From Eledone cirrhosa (lineage: Eukaryota), in contig OZ024742.1 in NCBI GenBank assembly GCA_964016885.1, positions 144,026,001-144,090,000 on the forward strand: DNA of 64,000 bases, given 5' to 3'. This document shows positions 54,892-64,000 of this stretch, piece after piece; position 1 is the first letter of the stretch, and every line of letters starts with the position of its first letter. The position numbers and the translations under genes were made by a program. The notes beneath the pieces are model-generated. The model had not been told where the DNA came from. It worked only from the letters and a program-made list of their open reading frames with translations, and ran no database searches.

Positions 54892-55276
54892 TTAACTATT
54901 CTGACACCAAACTGCCTGAAACTGCCCCTTGTTCTATAGCATAAGACTGTTTACTTTAAAGCATTTATCATCAACATCACCATTTAACGTCCATTTTGCA
55001 CACTAGCATGGGTTAGATGAGTTATCTCGTGAGACAAGTGAGATCAGGTGACCATTTCTTCATCATACAAAACTGTTTTTGACTTGGTTTCTACTGCAAG
55101 ATGCCAACTACATTTCTATTTAACTAAAAGCCCTGTATCATGATTTTATGTAAGAACCTTTATTAAGTTATGTTCCAAATACCTATTTAATGGGAAAGCT
55201 AGTTATATTACTAAATTACTTGGTTATTTAAAAACAATATGAAAATCATGAGCAGTCTTTCATTAGAAAGGGTTAA
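54892..55276. mobile_element. piggyBac-like MITE, family 2, with a nested RTE tail (~54965-55110, minus)
   Basis: TTAA-CTATTCTGAC ... TTAGAAAGGG-TTAA; internal CATTTAACGTCCATTTT..CTAGCATGGGTTAGA is an RTE 3' end. Confidence 0.55.
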
Positions 55277-56716
55277 TCCAAAGCTAAGCAAAGTATGATG
55301 AATGAATTATATCTCTCTCTCCACACACAAATGTATGATATACAACAAAAATACACATGCACACACAAATATTTAACTTCCGTTATATGTTTTCTATGGC
55401 AATATATGAAGAAGAGTGTTATAAGCTACAGATATACAACTGGCCAATCACAGCATTTCTGATGATGATAGTGGCAAAAGAAGTGTTTGTAATTTGCTGC
55501 AATGTTTAGAAAGCATTGCTTTTTTTTATTTTCTGATATACATTGGTGACAAATATTCATACATACAAACACACACACACAGTCATATAACATACAAAAC
55601 GCTTCTGCATTAATTCTATCAACCAAATTTCACTCACAAGGTAATGGTAAAATACACTTGCTCAAGATTATAAATATACTGTATTCTGTCATTTCCAACC
55701 TCACAAACACACATACATACACATATAAGAAGAAATTACCCAGTAGTAAACTGGTATGAAGGGATGTAAGATAAAGTTGATTCCTGCAGGATTTGAAACC
55801 AATATAGTGGGACCTACCATCATGAACAAATCGGTTCACGGATAGTTTTTCTAAACATAAAAGTCTCGGTTGACAAATGGTGTCTCGAGTAATGAACACA
55901 CAAACCGGCAACAAGCTCGGAGTATCAGCAGGAAAGCATCGCTTGCTGTGTAGTTAGTTACTATGTTGATATCTATCTGTCTCTCACACAGTCTCTCTCA
56001 ACATTTCACATGGGAAAAATAGTTTTGGTTTACAAACATTTTGGATGACAAACACCCTTCAGCAGTCTACTTCACATTATAATAATTCTCACAATTCACC
56101 ATCTTTAACCTTTTCAATACCAAACTGCCTGAAACAGCTTTTGTCTGCATGTGTGTTGGTGTGTGTGTGTGTGTGCATGTCTGTATTAATATAGACACAT
56201 AGATGTGCATGTGTGTATTTGTCAGTTTATGTATGTGTGCTTGCACATGAGTACATGGATGTGTATGTATGTGGTTTTGCATCTGCATGTGAACACATAA
56301 ATGTATGTGTTTGTGTGAATGCATGTGTGCATGTGTGAGTATAAAGAGGAAGCTAACATAAAGTTTTCCAAGTACTGTAAGCTAAAATAAAAGGATGTAT
56401 TCTTTATTGTGTGAGAAATGAGAGAGAGAGAAAAAGAGATCTATATGGTTGCTGGTATAGAATAAGTTTCTCGATAAGTGTCCAATAGATATAAAGGTTA
56501 TTAGTATGTTTGGACATGTAAAAACCAGTATTGCTGGGTACGAAAGACATGTATGTATAATACAAACAAATACAAGAGAGAGAGAGAGAGAGTGTGTGTT
56601 AGATAGATGGTGGGATGTATGAGTATATATAAAGGTTATTACTTGGAATTAAGCATGACTGTTCATCAACCAACTAGACACATATATATACAATTAAATA
56701 CATGGCGAGCGCGCAT

Positions 56717-56750
<34 letters not shown>

Positions 56751-58196
56751 AAGAGATTTATGCACAGTCAGTAGCCACACAATTCCGAACAGATGTTGAA
56801 TCTGAGTCTGACAGACAGTATGGTTTCCATGACACTTGGAGTTTACCTTTTGCTTTATCATCCAATTTACTTTTGTTTCCCCCTGCTCCCTCTCTCTTTC
56901 TCTCTCTACTCACACACACACTCATGCCTGCACACACACACATACACACACAATAAATATTTATGCGAGAACACACCGTATATTTTTAGGTTTTAAGGTA
57001 AACTTAATGTAGATATAAATGTAGATATAAATAGCATTTTTAAATTAGAAGCTTCGGCTGTGAAAATAATGAAGAGTGAAGTGTAAACACTTTCAATTAT
57101 TTCACTGCATACAAAAAAAAAAAACATAAGAGATCATCCTCATTCATTTCCCACATTAATGTGTTCTCTTCAGAGAACAACTACCCTATCATTCTATAAA
57201 CAGAGTAACGTTGCTGTAGCATTGTAAGTTATTCAAAGCAAATTAGAATGACCATTTCAGGTATCTTCTTTATGTTGAAGGACAAAACATATCTAGGTGT
57301 AGGTTGTTTATCAGGTATTTCTTGAAAGAATTTGTCCTGGTACAAATTGAAGGTGATAAAACCATTTTCTTCCTTCAGTATGATGTTGAGGTGGCAGGGC
57401 TGTTATAATGGCTGTTATGTAATATGGTTTCAATTTTTATAGAGGAAGAATGACATGGGGAATTTCCCTTGGGTGGTTTTTAAGCTTGGTGTCAAGTCTT
57501 ATTTGAACAATATTGATGGAATATTTTCCATATCACACAAATGATAAAATTTGAGATTTTTAAGATGATCCCAATAGGCAAAACTGTCATATCATTTTTA
57601 GGTGCCATACCTTTTAGGTTCTTCAATTACCATAATACTTTGTTTTGTATAAAGTGACCATATCAGGCAACAGTATTCTAGATGTGATTGACTAAAGGTA
57701 GAGAAGAGAAGGATAATGGCATCCAGAACTCTAGATCAGAAAATTCTAAGGTTACAGGAGCACAGCCAGTGGACCATGTTACCTTTGCACTTCTTGATAT
57801 TACAAGGGTTTTCTCAAAGGAAGAGAATATGAGTTCTTAAGTGCAGTCTCTTTTCCATTTATATTTTATGTACTTTCCCCCCCGAATTTGTAATCATAAA
57901 TGTTCACCAATACATACACATTATATATACACACACCCAATTCTACTTCAATCAAACTATTTTTTCTATCTACAACTGAGGAAACTAAATAAATAATAAA
58001 CATGATCAATTCCTCACACCCTCCCTCTATCTTCTCTTATATCTATTTTGTTGTTATAGAGTAACAAGTGAGTCATGATAATATGTGTACTGATTCTAGT
58101 ATAGGCAACAATCTGACAGGCCAGGCATATAAAGCAATAGCATTTGTATATATGATTGAGAATGTGTGTTTGTTGTGTGAGAGATAACTAGGCAGG

Positions 58197-58260
<64 letters not shown>

Positions 58261-58339
58261 GGGAGGGGTCAGAAAGAAATCCTTAGTCATAGAGTAATTA
58301 GTGGGATAGATAAGGTGTTCATGAGTGATGGAAGGCAGA

Positions 58340-58610
58340 GGCTGAATTAAGTGCAAGAATTGCAAGAGCTGGTGCAATTTGGTATTTATGCCAACCATTA
58401 CCTATTGCCATAAATCTTGAGTAATGACCGAAAGAATATGATTGTGAATACAAGCGGCCGAAATGGGGTTCTTCCGAAGGGTCTTTGGAGTAACATTACT
58501 TGATAGAGTGCATAGTTTGGAGATCAGAGAGTCACTCCAAGTAGAGCCACTACTTCTCCAAATTGAGGGATCACAGATCCAATACAATGGGAATATGATT
58601 AGAATGATCA
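58340..58610 (+). mobile_element. Degenerate RTE fragment of a third family (Rex3/Expander-like C-terminus)
   Basis: IQAAEMGFFRRVFGVTLLDRVHSLEIRESLQVEPLLLQIE..IRM. Confidence 0.8.
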
Positions 58611-58731
58611 CTTTACATTGTGGGCTGGGGACTTTGATGGGAGAAGTGTGTGGGGATTGGGGAGGTGAATGGAAGTGGGGATGGAGGTGATGGTGGTGGT
58701 GCATATTAAATGTATGCTTTAGCCTGTGCTC

Positions 58732-58774
<43 letters not shown>

Positions 58775-59102
58775 ATGGCTTAGTGGTTAGAGCATTGGGC
58801 TTGCAATCGAAAGGTTGCGAGTTCAATTCTCAGACCGGGTGATGTGTTGTTTCCTTGAGCAAGACACTTTATTTCACATTGCTCCAGTTTACTCAGCTGT
58901 AGAAATGAGATGATAGGGACTGGGGTCCCTATCATTCCACTGTAAAGTGGTCGTGGAGGTGCCACGGCAAAAAAGCACCCAGCACTCCCTGTAAATGAGG
59001 TTGGTGTTAGGAAGGGCATCCAGCTGTAAAAATCAAGCCAGAACCAGTTCCCGTCCCACCCTTGCAAGCAGGGAAAAGCAGACGTAAAATGATGATAATG
59101 AT
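58775..59102 (+). mobile_element. Young family A SINE
   Basis: Near-identical to 37464-37802; in (TA)n. Confidence 0.92.
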
Positions 59103-59115
59103 ATATATACATACA

Positions 59116-59219
<104 letters not shown>

Positions 59220-59958
59220 CACACACATCTATAAATGACTGTTGAGTTACAACACATTGGGAACATTTGTAATTTGAAATGTCAACATCCCAATGCAGAA
59301 ATAACTTTAATATAGTCAATCATTATAAATAATAGTTAAGAAAGTTGGGTAAGATACCCTTTGAGTTAAAAAAGCTGAACAGAACTTCCTGCAAGGAATT
59401 GAACCCCACACCTCTGTTCAGAGTTTTCTGTCTCCAGGGGTATGTAGTGATCATGCTATATTATATGATCATCACTGTTTGACATTTATTTTCCATACAT
59501 GCACGTGTTACACCCTGTCTATAATAGAAACCATGTTACCTGGTTAAGGGTTTGCATGTTCAGATCACAAGTGTAAGGTCATGATTTCAATTTCCAGTGG
59601 CACAAAGTGTCTTTGAGCAAGACACTTTATTTTATGCTGTGCCATTCCACTTAGCGGGCAAAATGAGTTAGTTGTACTTGTGATTAAAAGGGCCAACCTT
59701 ATCACATAGTGTCTGTGGAATGATCAACCATTTGTTAATTTCTTGAGCAAGTCATTCCATTGTTTGAACAACCGGAACAGTCATTGTTGGATCCGCTTTT
59801 TTATTATTTTCTTTTGCTGGTTTTAGTCATTAGACGGTGACCATGCTGGGGCAGCGATATGAAAGGATTTTAGTTGATCATATCAACCTCAGAATATATT
59901 TTTTGAAGTCTGGCACTTATTTTATCAATCTCTTTTTGTCCAACTGCTAGGTCATGGT

Positions 59959-59989
<31 letters not shown>

Positions 59990-60243
59990 TATGTATAAAT
60001 ACATATGCAAGTATTGGAAAACAGACTTAAAAAGATGATGATGTACAGACATACAACAGACTTTTTACAGTCTTCATTAACTGAATTCCCTTACAAGGTA
60101 TTGGCCCAGGGCTTATAGAAGAAGCAGCTGCACAAGTTTCTATGCAGTTACACTAAACCTGAAATCATGTGATTCCAGAGCAAACTACTTAACCACACAG
60201 CCATAACTACACCAATAACATCATCATCATCATCATTATTATA

Positions 60244-60443
60244 GTGGTGGATTGGCAGAATTGTTATAGCATCGAAAAAATGCTTTACAGTATCTAGTTG
60301 TGGTTCTTTGTTTTAAGTTCAAATCCCACAAAGATCAACTTTGCCTCTGATCTTTCAAGTGCTGATAAATAAAGTACCAGTGAACTACTAGAATCAATAT
60401 AATAATTGTTCTCTTTCCCCTTGTGTCTAAATTAGAAACCATT
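60244..60443 (+). mobile_element. Old family B-type SINE
   Basis: GTGGTGGATTGGCAGAA head, AGTTCAAATCC B box, ACTTTGCC..TAAAGTACCAG core. Confidence 0.65.
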
Positions 60444-60446
60444 GTC

Positions 60447-60632
60447 GATTGGCAGTATCGGTTGAGGGTCGGACGTCATGCTTTCCAGCATAGTTACGTC
60501 CCTTTACGATCTGAGTTCAAATCCCGCCGAGGTTGACTTTGCCTTTCATCCTTACGGGGTCGATAAAATAAAGTACCAGTAATGCACTGGGTAATTGCTG
60601 GCCTTGTGCCTAAAGTAGAAATAATTATTATT
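60447..60632 (+). mobile_element. Young family B SINE inserted at the tail of the older copy
   Basis: Reverse complement of 46152-46330 with few differences; (ATT)n tail. Confidence 0.9.
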
Positions 60633-61642
60633 AGTATTACCATAACTGTTCTTATTACTACCTTTACCACCTATTGTTATTATTGACATTATCCTCTCTT
60701 AGTCAACATCACCTCCACTACTACTACTACTACTACTCCAATGTCCTCCCTCACCAATGATGTCATCAAACTTATCAGAAACGATAACTCTTTCTATTAT
60801 TATCATCTCTTTTCCTCCTCTACAAGCACACTAACAACATTATATACACCACCACCACATTCAACTAATAACTCATTAATTTGCCATCTGCACTTCTCTC
60901 TGTCTGACAACTGGGAATAGTCAGCCCAGAAACCTGTTTCTGATATTCTAATTTAATATCATTCATAATAAGGTTCAGCAATGGAACCCACCACATACAC
61001 ACACACATTTCATCTTATATCTTTGTTTCACACACACACACACACACACACATACATACATACATACACACACACACTGTGATATTGAACAAGAAATCAA
61101 AATTGTTCAGCCAGTTAAATCCTAATATATAAAAGTGCATGAATAGATGCATGTTCCAAGTTGTAAGCCACCATCTTGCTTCTAAATAGTTGAAATTTTA
61201 CACAGGGGCTCATCAATTCAAGAAGGTTATATGCTATGTAAATTTTCTCATTCTTTCTAAAAACAAAAGAATAAAAATACAGGAGTTTGAGTGCCAACAA
61301 TTCTTGACAAGCCGAAGATTATCAACATATTTTTTTTGGAAGCAATTTATCTAAAATATTATGATTGCATTTATTTTAGGTATGAACTCTTAGAATCTTG
61401 AAATGATTTAGCAGAAAATATGTAAAAACAGGTTTATTTATTCAATGGTTTACACTATTTTTACTAGTAGACAGATTAGTGTGAAAAGAATTTGCAGTAA
61501 AGACTCAATTTCTACTATGGTGCAATCACATTGCTGTTTTGTACTTTACATGATTTTCTTGTTAATGCAGTTTCAAGATGTATGAATTAATAAAACTGGG
61601 TAAAGCCAAGTACTACTGCTATTATATATACATATTTTGAGA

Positions 61643-61857
61643 GTGGTGGATTGGCAGTGTCGGTAGAGCATCAGATAATATGCTTTGCGGTCGAGTTAAG
61701 GCCCTAAATTCTCTGAGTTCAAATCCTGCTGAGGTTAGCTTTGCCTTTCCTCCTTACAGGGTCGATAAAATAAAGTACTAGTAATGCACTGGGGTCAATT
61801 TCATTGACTTCCCTTTTCCCAAAAATGTTTGGCCTTGTACGTAAATCAGAAACCATT
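61643..61857 (+). mobile_element. Family B SINE, longer variant
   Basis: TGGCAGTGTCGG A box, GAGTTCAAATCC B box, same core, extra ~30-nt segment before the GGCCTTGT tail. Confidence 0.8.
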
Positions 61858-62184
61858 TATATACATATTTTTTAATTAATATATTATGTATTTAAACAAA
61901 TAGAAAGTAAGAAAATGTAGAAAAGAATATAGAGGGAAAATCTGTACTCATTTTTGTAGTAGATGGTGATTTCTAATTAAGACTGAGTTTTTGCTAAGAG
62001 TATAACAACCATTTTTAAAACTACATCTAATTTCACAAGTGAGAAAGCAAAGATAATTTTAAACAGCTAATTGTAAACACATAAGATATTCAGAAATATA
62101 ACAGGGAAAGATAGATTAATGTTAGCTGTGTAGACACCAATATCCAGGAATCAATAGTAATGATGTTTTCTTATAACAGACACA

Positions 62185-62257
<73 letters not shown>

Positions 62258-62718
62258 CGGAAGGATGGGCAGGATATTTAACTATTTTTTATTTTTTATT
62301 TAAATTCTATAATATCGAAAACATTGTTGATTATCTCAAAAAAATAATTTATTAATTTTCGAAAACATCAACTAAAGATAGACAAAGACTATAAGAGAGA
62401 TATGGTATTATTAGGAAATATAAATAAATGCAATTTACATGGAACATTTGCAGAACAGCAGCAAAATTGAAAAAGCAAAAGGAAAAAAAAAAGGGAATAT
62501 TATTCTTTCATAAAGCTAAGCATATCTGCTTCCCCAGTCCTAGGATATGTAATACACTGTTAAAATCTATCATCCCAGTCATACATTTTAACAAACTGCC
62601 ATCATGTCCCTTAATTACACTTTTCAGGATTCAGCTTATTGTTTCAGCATAGTCTAAACAAATAAAACCTCCCCTCCATCCTTTTCATTGACATTTGATA
62701 TTTAAATGACAATTCTAA

Positions 62719-62770
<52 letters not shown>

Positions 62771-62820
62771 GATGGGTCTATACTTAGTATTCCTGAGCCT
62801 TCATCATATGCATGACTCAC

Positions 62821-62875
62821 TTATTATATAGAATGACTCATTCTCAGCCAGGCAGGCACCTCTCCACGCCGCCAT
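62821..62875 (-). CDS. Candidate first coding exon of an unidentified minus-strand gene (MAAWRGACLAENESFYII-); exon 62821-62934
   Basis: Acceptor CCTTCTGTTTTGTTCTGTATAG at 62935, Kozak-like AAAATGGCGGCG, donor AA/GTGAGT at 62820 (phase 1). Alternative reading: last coding exon WVNHHQNMTEHLLQVLALENGGVERCLPG* (62844-62934). Confidence 0.45.
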
Positions 62876-63834
62876 TTTCCAATGCTAGAACTTGTAGAAG
62901 GTGCTCAGTCATATTCTGATGATGATTGACCCAACTATACAGAACAAAACAGAAGGAGGAAGAGGAGGAGGCGAGGAGAAACAATGACAGTATTTGCTAA
63001 GGAATATATTAAGATTGATTCAATTAACTATAGCTGCTCCTCCATTTCAAAATTCCTGCAAGTGTCTAATTAAGATATAATGTTATTTATGTCTACACTG
63101 AAATATATGTGTAGGCCTACATCTGGATGAGTTTATTGTGCACAACAGTAGAATATAGATTAGCTTATTTCTGTAAATGTAACTCAGTCACACTTTCAAT
63201 ATAGTAATCATTTTTATTTAAATAGGGAAGTGCCATTTTCTGGGTCTTTGACTGGGAGGGAGGTATATCCCAAAACCAAAAACTTAGCTCAGTGTACACT
63301 CCTAGAAGCAACCAAGGGCCAGGTAGGGGTGTTAAGTTGGGAGATGGGTTGTCTAACCCACAAGTAAGTTATAAACACAGAATGTAAAAAAAACTGGAGC
63401 AAACACTACAAGGCATCTTATCTAACACCTTAACAATTCCATCAATCCAATCTACTTTAAGAGAGAGTATTGCCATGCCTATCGTTGGACACATTTAATT
63501 GGTATTGGAAGATAGAGTATTCCTTCTGAGAGCCAATATCTTTATGATGCATTCAGTCCCTCTGAAATTCAGTATTAATAAATAGAGAAAGAACCTTTGA
63601 CTATTATACCCCTGAACATTTCTTAACCTCTACACTAGGTTTCTGATCCCCCATGCCACATAAAAATGTAATAATTTAGAAAAATTCAACAAATTACTGC
63701 AATCACATGCATATACTGCTTTTGATCATATGAGGCATATTGATATGAAATGAGACCTCTGTTTGGCCAGGATGCTGCAACAGGATTCAGTTACAAAGTA
63801 GGATATTCTTAGTATGATGATAGATCAGTCACTA

Positions 63835-64000
63835 GTGGGTGCTACAACATCATATCCAGTAATTCAGCTGCTCTGGTTAGCACACTAAACCAGACCAGTC
63901 GCTTGTGTTGTGGGTGCTACAACATTATATCCAGTAATTCAGCTGTTCTGGTTAGCACACTAAACCAGACCAGTTGCTTGTGTTGTGGGTGCTACAACAT
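63835..64000. repeat. 75-bp tandem repeat, running off the window end
   Basis: GTGGGTGCTACAACAT at 63835, 63910 and 63985. Confidence 0.9.

Noticed and set aside
61115-61290. Minus-strand exon following the 62821 candidate
   Set aside because: The acceptor at 61257 is good, but the phase-1 continuation hits TAG after six codons and no donor is evident

Overview
AT-rich, microsatellite-dense animal genomic DNA. The repeat repertoire looks like an octopus/cephalopod genome (inference, not verified). No complete host gene is present. Most six-frame ORFs are artefacts of simple repeats, and only isolated candidate exons are seen (best: 62821-62934, minus). The window is dominated by mobile DNA: several RTE-clade LINE fragments (one family has a PHD finger inside the RT region, one GC-rich copy is near full length), an L1/Tx1-like 3' fragment, at least three tRNA-derived SINE families, TTAA-flanked piggyBac-like MITEs nested in older repeats, a 5.5 kb 49-bp satellite and several minisatellites. 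The most interesting signal is a set of small non-coding elements, mostly in or beside (TA)n tracts, that carry type I hammerhead ribozyme folds with palindromic or minimal stem III. Examples are 12323-12368 and 12590-12635 (U3-A8 core variant), 39508-39578 (canonical core), 47051-47097 and 47443-47478. Several are arranged as inverted fold-backs, consistent with multiple Penelope-like/retrozyme-like families. All structures were folded by eye.
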